Shown here: positions 24,011 to 34,929 of the stretch, one piece after another | Layout of the letters: every line of letters starts with the position of its first letter | Numbering within the stretch: position 1 is the first letter of the stretch | The notes under the pieces: model-generated | What the model was told of the DNA's origin: nothing | Database searches by the model: none | Seen by the model: the letters and a program-made list of their open reading frames with translations, nothing else | Assembly (NCBI RefSeq): GCF_000143415.4 | Contig: NW_003314361.1 | Span: forward strand, 62,001-126,000 | Source: Selaginella moellendorffii | Taxonomy: Eukaryota; Plantae; Lycopodiophyta | Direction of reading: 5' to 3' | DNA length: 64,000 nt | Translations under genes and position numbers: made by a program

Positions 24011-24439
24011 CTGTTCAGAAATGCACAACAATTAGAGCTGACAGATGAAAAGCTAGCAACTGGAAATAACGTGAGGCCACACGCCATTCACCACTGCATC
24101 AGATGTCTTGAGGCTGCATCCTAAGATGGCGTGAGGCTACACGCCATCTGTAACCGGACTGCACTCGAGAGCCCAATTGGTGCATGCCAATGTTGCTACT
24201 GAATGGCATGTGGCCTCATGCCATTTTCTACTTGGCCTAAAAGACTTACCATTTGAAGCCGAATGGAGGCGTGACAATCGAGGCCGGACTCGCTGGCGAA
24301 TGTGCACTGTGTGTGTAGCGGATCGTAGCAGCAAGGCTACTCTGCCACTTAACAGTTGGAGAGTGGCGCTAAAATCTCCCGGGACGCCAAGTGGGCTGCG
24401 TGTGGGTGGTGGAGTGGGCGGCGGAGTTGGCGGCGAAGT

Positions 24440-24700
24440 TACAAACTAGGTGTGTCTTGAAGTGGACGCCGATGCACACAAGCGCGATGCGAGCGCGAGT
24501 GTGATGCAAGCGCGAGTGGACGCCGATGCACACGAGAAACCTGTAGAGAAGGTAGATGAGCGCGAATGTGAGCGTGATCGCGAGTGGGAGCGCGATGCGA
24601 GCGCGAGTGTGATGCGAGCGCGAGTGCGAGTGTGATGCGAGCGCGAGCGTGAGTGTGATGCGAGCGTGAGCGCGAGTGTGATGCGAGCGCAAGCGCGAGT
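24440..24700. repeat. GC-rich degenerate tandem repeat (GCGCGAGTGTGATGCGA-type units)
   Basis: Visible periodic array near the 5' end of the cargo gene. Confidence 0.85.
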
Positions 24701-25020
24701 ACGAAGCAAAATGCAAAACCTAACCTCACACGCGCGAAATGTCACGACGGTTGGTAATCCCGCCACGTCATCATTCCTCGGACTTGGGCGCCACCATTAA
24801 TTTCTGGATTGCCGCGCGCATGCAAGCACGCAAAATCCAAAAGAAATCCGCAACGTCATCATTCCTCGGACTGCATGCACGCGAAATCCAAAAGAAAGAT
24901 CATGATTGGGATATTATTTAATACCCTTGCTATATTTATACCATGCATGATTGGATATTCCAAAGCATCTTGTATTTCCAAAAATGGCAGATGTTCATCT
25001 AAATAAAGAAATTCTATCTG

Positions 25021-26365
25021 TTTCTATTTTTCTCTCAAATCAATATTATAGCGTGTGGGCTCATGCAATTTTGAACCAAAGAAACCCAGAAAACGTTGGA
25101 CTCAAAATATTTTGAAAAAACCCTAAACATTTTAAACCCAAAAATCCAGGCGTCCTGTGGCGTTATTCCTTGAATGGCGTGTGGGCGCATGCCATTTTCA
25201 GGGCCAAATGCTGAATGGAGAAAAATTCCCTTTCAGTGCAAATGCTGCAAGAGGTAGATGCCGAGCACAAAGGACTATAACTACTTCACATAACACAGAT
25301 AAACTTTTCTCTATTTGGCAAAGATAAACTTTATAGCGTGTGGGCTCATGCAATTTTGAACCTAGAAAATGCATCAAAAAATTCTCGGCGTCATCTGGCG
25401 TTATCTCTTGACTGGCATGGGGCCGCATGCCATTTTCAGGGGCACATAAGAGTATATTCCTAGGATATTCTGACACGCGCGAGATTTTTTTGAGTTTTCC
25501 TGAGATCCAACCGTTAAATCGCAACTAGATTTTACAGAATGGTATACAATGTCTTTCTTGATGACCCTGCAAAGAAGCATCTCGATCGGACACCACATGA
25601 GACCACACGAGCCTTACAATGTTTCAGGGGCATTTGCCATAGATTCGACTGTTATTTTGCTCCAAGATTTTACAGTTTGGTGTGCATTGACCTTTCCATC
25701 GACACTGCAAAGGGACATCACAATCAGATGTGGGATCACAAGAAACTAACTTCACTAACTTTGGTTTCACCAAGATTTACGTAAGGAGTTATGAAATGAA
25801 AGGACCCTCTCTATTGAAATGTGTTTATGGTCCTAGGGGCATTGTGACATATCAAAGGATTTTGCATTAAGTTCTGTATTTGCATGTTTATCAAGCTACT
25901 GAATTGCTAAACCCTAAACCCTAAACCCTAAACATGTGGCAAATGCTGCGTGAAGAAAGATGCCCTTTCTGGGCAAATGCTGTAAGAGGCAGATGCCGAG
26001 CAGATGTATCTCAGGCTAGCGAAGGGGACAAAAAAAAGCTAGCTATAAACATGACGGGATGCAAATAGATTACTAGGCTGGTCCTGCGAAAATCAAAAAC
26101 CATAATTGAAAACATTGAAAATGCAAAAAGAAAGGTTTGTAATATTTTTGAATTTTAAGCAACCAAAGGAATGTAAGTAGGGCATGTGTTTGTAAGTTTA
26201 AAAATGCCTCAACCACTTAAATTCCCAAGTAAATAAAGCTGTTTCTATTTTTGGTATAGGTAAACTTTATAGCGTGTGGGCTCATGCAATTTTGAACCCA
26301 AAAATGCACCAAAAAATGCTCGACTAGCATTATTCTTTGAATGGCGTGTGGCCTTATATTGCCAT
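25021..26365 (+). repeat. Three dispersed copies of a ~130-180-bp unit (25021-25200, 25306-25440, 26242-26365), each with two palindrome copies
   Basis: Shared core TATAGCGTGTGGGCTCATGCAATTTTGAACC...TTGAATGGCGTGTGG. Confidence 0.8.
25907..25933 (-). repeat. Interstitial telomere repeat (CCCTAAA)~4
   Basis: CTAAACCCTAAACCCTAAACCCTAAAC. Confidence 0.85.
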
Positions 26366-26749
26366 AAATGGACGTACACACACAGCATAATTATTCCTTT
26401 ACACGACGAATAATCTTGGCGCGGATCGCTGACATGGCATGGCAAAGTTCGAATCACTGACATGGCACAGCTGGATTGAGGTAAGGACATGATGTGACAA
26501 AGTTCAACCTCCGACAACAAAGTCTAGAAGCTACTCAGTTTGAAATTTGTCAGATGAGTCATAAGATCTGGTTTGTCAGAGGATTTGATGTGACGTTCAA
26601 GCGTGTGTTATTTTTGAATTCTCGAACTCATTCCTAGATCTATCATTTTTGTGCGCCGTGTTCTTGGTTCCGCTGAGCGCAGTGAGCGCTGCTTGTGTAA
26701 GCGGCGTTGTGAGCTGTGGTTTATGCGTTTACGAGTGGTTGCGGCATTG

Positions 26750-26865
26750 CGAGCACCATTGCGAGCGGCAGTTTATGCGAGTGGCAGTTTGTGCGAGCGG
26801 CGCTACGAGCAGTTGCGGTGTTGCGAGCGGCGCTACGAGTAGTTGCAGTGTTGCGAGCGGCACTG
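26750..26865 (+). repeat. Short tandem repeat (~30-bp unit containing TTGCGAGCGGCGCTACGAG)
   Basis: 3-4 consecutive copies upstream of the transposase. Confidence 0.75.
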
Positions 26866-27227
26866 TCTTTGGTGTGGCTACCGCTTCCTCTTGATATTCG
26901 GCACTTGTGCTTCCTGGTATGTTCACCATGGAATGGGTTAGGACCACATTTAGAAATGGCATGAGGCCACATGCCATCTTGGGCCCTTGCAATTTCATGG
27001 CTAGCGTATTGTCATGTATGTTTTTACTTGCCTGCATCTGTGTGTATATCAAGATGGCATGAGGCCTCATGCCAATTTTGTGAATGCGAAATTTCACGTG
27101 GGTGTCAATAGCATGTTTGAATAATGGCATGTGGCCTCATGCTATTGAGGTTGTTTGGTATGTTATGATTTAGGCCATTCTCCAATCATTTTTTGTATGG
27201 TCTTAACTTCTTTTCTGCACTTTCAGA

Positions 27228-29966
27228 ATGGCCTTCAGGGTTGGGGAAAAGGTTTACATTTTGAATGGTGGGAAGAGAGTTGCAAAAGGGACCCTTGTGT
27301 CTATGGATCGGAACTTTGTTATACACTGTCAAAGGCTTGGGGAAGGCAATGCTGCTGTATCAGTAGAGACTGTCTTCGATGGGAATGTGGTCGCTATTGA
27401 ACGAGGAGAGATGGTCGTCGGGGTAAATGTTGTTGTTGCCTTGAAAAATCTTCAGAAGAAAGCAGATGTTGGGGACAGCGCAAGTGCGACGCATGTTCCC
27501 TCCGTGGATCTTAAAAACCGTGCTACATGGATTCAGGCAAAGGTGTTTCTAAACAACCCCGAGGGGGAGGTGGTAGCTGAGGGCTTAGCCACAGTTGTCG
27601 ATCCAAGAGATGCGGTTGCTAATCAAGAATTGGGCTGGGATGATATTGGAGTTGCGATTTTAGAGGTTGTTGACACAGAAGAAAACAGTCTGACTATTGG
27701 AAGCATTGTGCGGTGGAAATTGAGGCACTTAGTGTTTGAGAATGTGAAGGATTCACAATCAAACACCACTACAATTGATGACAGAACATCTCTTCATGGG
27801 AAAAGAAAGTACACCTTCCTAAAGCGCAGCCAAAGGGATCTGAGCAACGAACCGAAAAGGCAGAAAATGGCGATGGAGGTTCGAATGGTCTCGACAGTTG
27901 CTTGTGGCAAGAGGAGGTGCTGTCAACATGCTGATTGGGATGCTATTGAAGAGGAGAGAGCAAGATACAAGACATTGTCCTGAAGGGTAGCTCGCAATTT
28001 TGTGTATGAGGCATTACGGTCATCTGTTGATGCTTCAGAACATCAGGTGGGGGGCATGGTCTTCCAGAGGGGTTTGGTCTACATGAAGGCATGGAGAATC
28101 ATTTATGGAGTCCCTCGAACCACATTCTACAGAATCAAAACTGAGTTCGAGGAACAAAGGGTTCAATAGGCAGTCCATGGGAACAACAGTACGCACAAAA
28201 CCAGGGGTCATGTTGTATATGGAGAGGCAATCTTCAAGAGGTTTGTCGAGACATGTAGCGAGCAGCAACCACATAAAACCCGCCTCTTGGAAGATGGAAC
28301 ACGAGACACCCAACGAGTTCTCCCTTCCATGTATACCAAGGGGGCCATATTGGAAGATGTGAATTGGGAACTCTAGAGTAATGGCTACAGGAAGCTGAGC
28401 CAATCTAGATTTAGTAGATTGTGGAGCAACAGGTTCAGGGATGTGAGTATAGGAAAGTACTCCAGCTTTTCAAAGTGTGACGAGTGCACTGCTATCAAAA
28501 TGGCTTTGTCGAAGAATTCTTGCAGCGCTCAAGAGCGAGAGACGTTGGTTAGAAGGCGGCTCGACCACAACATCGAGCAGAGAAGCTACAGGACTGCATA
28601 TTATCATAACAGGATTCTCTCCATGGAGAGACCTGACTCTTACCTCTGCATCATCCACGACAAAATGGACCTGAAAAAGACGTGCTTACCTCGACTCAAT
28701 CCTGCCCCCAAGGCAATGTCTTCATCCATGCAGCTGCCTGTGTCTCTGTTTGGCATAATCGCTCATGGGCATGGTGCCCAGAACTATGGGAACTTCTTTG
28801 TACCTCTATGGGGTGGCGGGGGTGCAAACATGATGATTGCGTCCCTAGCAAAACACTTAAGGTCTTTGCAAAGTGCGTAGATTGAGCTGAACGGCCAACC
28901 CTTGCATAAGGCCCTTGTCGATCGAACCCCATACAGGGTTCAGCTGGAGGAGGAGCAAAGGCTTGCAGTATTGCGTGGGGCCCCATGCCATCCCAGTGAA
29001 TATGTTGGTCGTCAGATTGTAGGGTTATCACATGAGGCCTCATGCCATTCCGACGAGGCTGGTCGCCCGGTGAATGCACAGCCTCATCCAAAAGAAGTAG
29101 AATCTCAAGGAAGTTCTTGCGGCCGATGTGGCCTTCCACCCCATCTTCTGCTCCAAACAGACAATGCTGGCAGTGAGAACAAAAACATGTACGTCTTCGC
29201 GTACTTAGCGATGCTTGTTGCCAAAGGCATATTTGAAACGGTTACACTTGGCTTTCTCATGGTTGGGCACACTCATGAAGACGTCGATGCCATGTTCAGT
29301 CACCTGGCAGAGTCCCTCCGGCGATCGAATGTCCTCACCCTCCCACAACTCTACGATGAATTCCAAAATTGCATCAAAGGCACTGTTAAAGCTGCACTTG
29401 TGACAGAGGTTCCAGACTTTAAGGGGTTTGTAAGAGGCTACATCAGGGACGGATCCGAAACACTGATTGGCCACTCCAAGCCTCTTCAGTTTCATTTCAG
29501 CATGCGTGACGGTGCTCCAGTGATGAGGTACAAGATGAGAGAATGGGACACAGTGTGGCTGCCAGTGGACGGCATTGAACTCTTCAAGAGAGATCCCATA
29601 ACTGGGGAACCTATGATTCCTCAGGGTTCCCCACGGCCGATGCACCCGGATGGACTCAAAGACCAGCAAAGTATAGTGGCTGGGATTAGACAGCATATTG
29701 CCTTCTGGAAGAGGGGGTTGGTGTTTGGTGGAGAATCCTATTTTCAGAGGTGCAAGCCTTTGTTCGAATACTAGGAGAAGATTATATCTGCTATCCAAAA
29801 TGGGCCGGTTGTATATGAAGAATTGGAAGAGTCTTTTTGGCCAAAACCCAGAGCACCAGATAGTAGCGGAACAATGTCCTTTGGAAATGCAGTGACAGAT
29901 AACGATGTTGAGGATCACTATTGTGGGCCGAGGAACAAGAAGCCGGATTCAGCATTCAATTACTAA
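27228..29966 (+). pseudogene. DDD/E transposase (Sola-like/DUF7869-type motifs) with two N-terminal En/Spm TnpA-like domains; several nonsense codons
   Basis: Repeated VAKG..VSMD....HCQRLG...AVSVETV / VAEG...VVDP..VANQELG..IGVAI...SIVRW; C-x4-CC, FSKCDEC, IIHDKMD, LLQTDNAGSENKN, FLMVGHTHEDVDAMFS; ORFs 27228-27983, 28419-28880 and 28902-29774 are colinear pieces; splice acceptor TTTCAG just upstream. Confidence 0.85.
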
Positions 29967-31559
29967 GTTTCTAATGTATTTTATTTCAAGGTGAACAATC
30001 CGAATCTGAATCAGAGGAGGCGTGATGGCATGTGGCCTTACGCCATTCCTAGGTGAGATGATACAAATAACAAGTATAAATTCTTAGTTGTTCTAGCAAA
30101 TCTTACTTAAAGTTTAAAGTGAACAAGCCGAATATGAATTCATCGGATTGTTATAACAAATTGCGAGGTGATGGCATAAGGCGATACGCCATTTGAGAGT
30201 GGTAGCCATTCCTATATGAGGTGAGTGAAATATTTATTAGAAATACCTCATTCAATTGTGCACTTCTAAGTCTTGGTCCACTCAATACTGTTTGCATGTT
30301 TTTATTTTAATTCTTTCTCTAAAATGTTATTTAGCATGTGGCTTCATGCCATTGCTCTCCACAATCATGCATTGAATTTTTTTATCCTTGCATAATACTT
30401 CTCCATATATATAGCATGTGCGCACATGTGATATGGTTCATTAGGCCTGATATAGTGTGTGAGGTAAAACAAAGATGATGTGACATATGCATTTACCAAT
30501 CACACGTGCATAAATCTAATAATATGGCGTGTGGCCCATATTAATGGCACATAAACCCATATTGTGGGCTTACGTGCTTTATGTACCATCATTCCCTTGC
30601 AGCGTGTGTGTTGGTTTCCTTTTATAACACAACGAACTCCATATTTTAGGGTGAAGAGCGTTCTCATGGCAAGCACAAAATCTGTAAATGAGGCAGAAAA
30701 GGAGACAGAGAAAGAGATAGGTGAAGATGTAGAATATATAAGTCTTCCAAACTCCCCGTACTATACTCCAGGTGATCATTTTTCTGAACAAATGGCAACA
30801 TTAACAACTATCGAGAACGCCTCAGTAACGTCAGAGACAACAATCCAAAGCAAAACAATTGACCCGGAGAAGGATGATAGTACCGCTGAGAGTACCAAAA
30901 AGGAGGTGTCCACTAGCGCTTAGGCTTATAATGGCGTGTGCCCTCATGCTATTTACTTGATCACCAAATACCTTTTTCCCTTTGCACTAGTATATCTTAA
31001 TACCGGTCTGAGAAATAGAATGGCATGTGCCCTCAGGCCTTTTACTAAATCACCTTTGAAAGAAATGCAAGCCTCTATGTCATAAAAAAAAGGTACTAGA
31101 GAAATTCCTTAATAATATGAATGTTATTTAGTTTCATGAAAATACACTAAGGGTCAAATGAGTTAAATGACTTCTCCAGACTAGCAATGCCTCTTGCTAC
31201 ACCTTCACAATTAGATTCGTTAGAAAAAGATAACATTGAATAATATCTAAATGTTCTCACCATTAAGTTATATGTCTGGCTAATAGGAATGACGTTCATC
31301 TTGGAAAGCTCACCACACGCTCAATGAACAAACAAATAGTGTGTGCGCGCATGCCATCGCTCTTCTTTAGCTTCAGATTCGGCTTGTTCACCTTGACAAT
31401 GAGATTTATTATACAACCAGATGGACTCAGTCTGGACATAAAGTCACCGTGCTAGTCACCATGCCCCAGATATGTCTAGCCCCTGGACAAAAAACATATA
31501 ATTTCACGTCATTTTCAAATACTTGAAAATTTGTACCTAGTCCCATTTTACTAAATAAA

Positions 31560-31590
31560 TCCCACTTTAACGAAATAGAGCATCTAAGTG
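31560..31590 (-). repeat. Right terminal inverted repeat
   Basis: Reverse complement CACTTAGATGCTCTATTTCGTTAAAGTGGGA. Confidence 0.85.
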
Positions 31591-32684
31591 ATTTTATGGC
31601 TAAAAATAAGGACAAGATCCTTGTGAGGATAAGGAATAAGGTTCCTAGTTCAAAGTGTTGATTTGAACTATTGATGATAATGTGGCTTGGGCAAGGGGAC
31701 CAAGTGGGAAGAACACCTAAGGGAAATAAGCTATATTAAAGTGATGGCATAGTGAGTCCGAAGAAAATAATCTCTATAACACCCGTGGGAGGGTCACAAA
31801 ATTGGGCCATAGATAAAGCCCACAGTAGAAAATGCTAAAGAGATGTACTAAGGGTGAACACCCTCTGGATTTGGCAAAGCAAAAGCCTTCACTATAGAAC
31901 CGAAATGATGCCTCGAGAATGGAGGTAGCAATTTTATGTTGCTAGGTGCAACAATCAAGGATAGGAGTAAAAGACTAGTGGTTAAGAAAGAGCCATGGGA
32001 ATCATGGGAAAGAATCCAAATGGCAAAGTTAGGCCGAAAACACTAATGTGTTGGGTGCTAATGGATTGTGGGAAAGGCAATGTTTTCCCAAGGATGGATT
32101 TCGAATCACTCTAATTTGGCGAAACTGGAAGCTCTAAGGGGGGAGTAGTAAGGTAGCCAAATAATAGGGCCGTGGGTAGCCTTAGCACAAATTATGATAA
32201 CTGGAACTTAGTGCTAAAGGTGGCATGATATCGAAGAGAGGATGATGGTGCCCTCAAGTAAAGAACTTCCTAGGATGGAGAAGTGGAGTTGCATCATGTG
32301 CAACGAAAGGTGTCGGAGACACTTAGGAAATTGACTCTGAGAGTCAAAATTAAAAGTTCCAAAGTGCAAAGGTTATGTCGATGGAATCTGAGACTACTCA
32401 AGAATGAGTAGTGGAATTGAGTTAGAAAAAGTGTCTTTAACAGGTTTAGATAGAACTGAACCAATAAAAGGGAGAAAACCACCCCAGGTGGCCGAATGAG
32501 TCTCTATGTTAGAGAGACTATGCTCCTTAGAGGATGGACAAGGCATGGTGAGCCTTCGGTGTCAAACCATAGACAAATATTAGCTAGGTGCCAAGGATGG
32601 AAATGGTAATACATGCGGGTGTTACTTTATAAAAGGGTTTATCGTTTGATGAGGATATCAAACATTCTTTATGGGTGGTGGAGC

Positions 32685-34904
32685 TGTGAGACACAAAATC
32701 CCTAGGCCCCAAAGTGGAGCCGGAAGGGTGCCATGTGGTAGTGGCTGAAGCGAAAGCCAAACGAGCATAACACGTTTGGACCAAAAGCTCCAACTTGAAA
32801 GGTTGAGAGTGGGAGTGGAACTCCCAGTGAAGTGCTCAAAAAACAAGTGCGAAGCAAGCGATAAGTGAGTCTCTAGAAAAGGAGTCTGAGATGGACCTGA
32901 GATGGACCTGAGATGGAGTCTGAGATGGACCTGAGATGGAGTCTGAGATGGACCCAAGATGGAGTCCGAGATGGAGTCCGAGATGGACCCGAGATGGAGT
33001 CCAAGATGGACCTGAGATGGACCCAAGATGGAGTCCGAGATGGAGTCCGAGATGGACCCGAGATGGAGTCCAAGATGGACCTGAGATGGACCCGAGATGG
33101 AGTCCGAGATGGACCCGAGATGGAGTCCGAGATGGAGTCCAAGATGGAGTCTGAGATGGAGCCGAGATGGAGCCGAGATGGAGTCCGAGATGGACTTGAG
33201 ATGGAGTCCGAGATGGAGTCTGAGATGGAGTCTAAGATGGAGTCCGAGATGGACCCGAGATGGAGTCTGAGATAGAGTTCGAGATGGAGTCCGAGATAGA
33301 GTCTGAGATGGACCCGAGATGGAGTTCGAAATGGAGTTTGAGATGGACCCGAGATGGAGTCCGAGATGGACCTGAGATGGAGTCTGAGATGGAGTCCGAG
33401 ATGGACCTGAGATGGACCCGAGATGGAGTCTGAGATGGACCCGAGACCAAGACTGAGACCGAGTCCGAGTCCGAAACCGGGACCGGGACCGAGTCCGAGT
33501 CCGAGTTCAAGTCCAAGTCCGAGTTTGAATACTAANNNNNNNNNNNNNNNNNNNNNNNNNNNNNNNNNNNNNNNNNNNNNNNNNNNNNNNNNNNNNNNNN
33601 NNNNNNNNNNNNNNNNNNNNNNNNNNNNNNNNNNNNNNNNNNNNNNNNNNNNNNNNNNNNNNNNNNNNNNNNNNNNNNNNNNNNNNNNNNNNNNNNNNNN
33701 NNNNNNNNNNNNNNNNNNNNNNNNNNNNNNNNNNNNNNNNNNNNNNNNNNNNNNNNNNNNNNNNNNNNNNNNNNNNNNNNNNNNNNNNNNNNNNNNNNNN
33801 NNNNNNNNNNNNNNNNNNNNNNNNNNNNNNNNNNNNNNNNNNNNNNNNNNNNNNNNNNNNNNNNNNNNNNNNNNNNNNNNNNNNNNNNCCGTCCTTCCCC
33901 CCGGGGGGGGGGGGGTGGGGGGGTGTTGCAGGGGGTTCCAAAAGTATAGTAGGGAGAGGGTGGGGGTTGGAACCTAGTGGAGGGCTAGGAAAGGCCAGTT
34001 TGGCCCAGGAAAGGCTAGTTTGGCCCAGGAAGGCCATACCTAGTGTTGGATGATGAACTGACCACTGGGAAGTCCAAGACTAGAGTGAATACAGACTGAC
34101 AAGTGGGGTAACTTAGTGAAGTATTCAAGAGTCGGCTCTAGTTCCCCTGGGAGATCAAATGGTCGATGCTCTTAGTCTAAGTGTGGGTGGCACTACCTAC
34201 TTGGATACCTAGCATGGCTCAATAGAACCTTGCTCTAAGCCCATGGCTAGAGCACCCAAATGCGGAAGGCAGGGAGAGTACTCACAAGGCTCGCGTAAGG
34301 CCATGGTGTTCCAAAATGTTGCCCAAAAGTCCCAAACTGTGAAAAGAAAGAGGAGCCATCCTCTAGGGTAGAGACCAAGGATACGGTCATGTGAGGAGGA
34401 AGTCCTAAAGGACTGAGGGACTTAGTGGTCGGGCTTGTGGGCCTCAATCTAGTGGCAGTGTTGGTGAACACGACCATGGGCAAAAAGGGATTTGGTGGAG
34501 ACCGGAAAAGGGATATTGGGGAAGGCCATTCCCCATGCCTGCGGGCATCTTAAGGATGCTAAGGAGTGGATCTAGGATGGTCACTCATGGACAGATGGCC
34601 CAATCTTTGAGAGATGGGGCTGTGATGTAGGTGGTGTCAAACCACCAGTGTGACCAAGGTGAATGGGCATAGCATTAGCGTAATGGGCTGATATGTTGAT
34701 GGTACCTTGGGGTGTTGGTCATGGGATCGGACATGTGGAGCACTTGGACCAAGTGCAATGGTTTAGTGGCATGGATGCCATTCTTGGGGCTAGTAAGTCC
34801 CTAAGTCCAAAACTGGACTTACGGAGGTTGTGAGTGAGACTCCTCCAAGTGGTCAGAGGTATGGTTAAGTGACTAAAGTAGAATGGAAAATTTAATCCCT
34901 TACA
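32685..34904 (+). repeat. 3' LTR of F2 with expanded 11/12-bp tandem array (32880-33530) and an assembly gap
   Basis: TGTGAG...CTTACA; GAGATGGAGTCC/GAGATGGACCC units. Confidence 0.9.
33536..33888. other. Assembly gap (N run)
   Basis: Run of N. Confidence 1.
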
Positions 34905-34929
34905 CCAAACCAGTCCATCAAAAGATGTA

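Larger units (their letters stand above)
18221..31590. mobile_element. 13.4-kb cut-and-paste DNA transposon with TIRs, transposase and cargo gene
   Basis: Perfect 22-bp inverted repeat GCTCTATTTCGTTAAAGTGGGA (18229-18250 / 31560-31581) extended imperfectly to CACT...AGTG termini; possible 2-bp AT TSD; interrupts the F2 internal region; encodes a DDD/E transposase. Confidence 0.85.
13577..34904 (+). mobile_element. LTR retrotransposon family F2 with decayed internal region; hosts the TRIM and the 13.4-kb DNA transposon
   Basis: 5' LTR (5'-truncated) 13577-14868 followed by PBS TGGTATTGGAGC (14872-14883); PPT ATGGGTGGTGGAGC (32671-32684) then 3' LTR 32685-34904; faint pol-like traces at ~16900-17700. 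Confidence 0.75.

Noticed and set aside
24369-24766. His/Arg/Ala-rich ORFs
   Set aside because: Products of the GC-rich tandem repeat
18613-31360. Dispersed palindromes as a CRISPR array
   Set aside because: Spacing is irregular (tens to thousands of bp), repeats are degenerate and embedded in genes, no cas genes, eukaryotic context
32658-33977. ORFs with SISDSISGP / MESEMD repeats (also 2230-2544, 39104-39709, 50518-50766, 57934-58399)
   Set aside because: Translations of LTR tandem repeats or N gaps; not proteins
34040-34078. 5S C-box-like TGACCACTGGGAAGTCC in F2 LTRs
   Set aside because: Match is short and there is no A-box; not distinguishable from chance by eye
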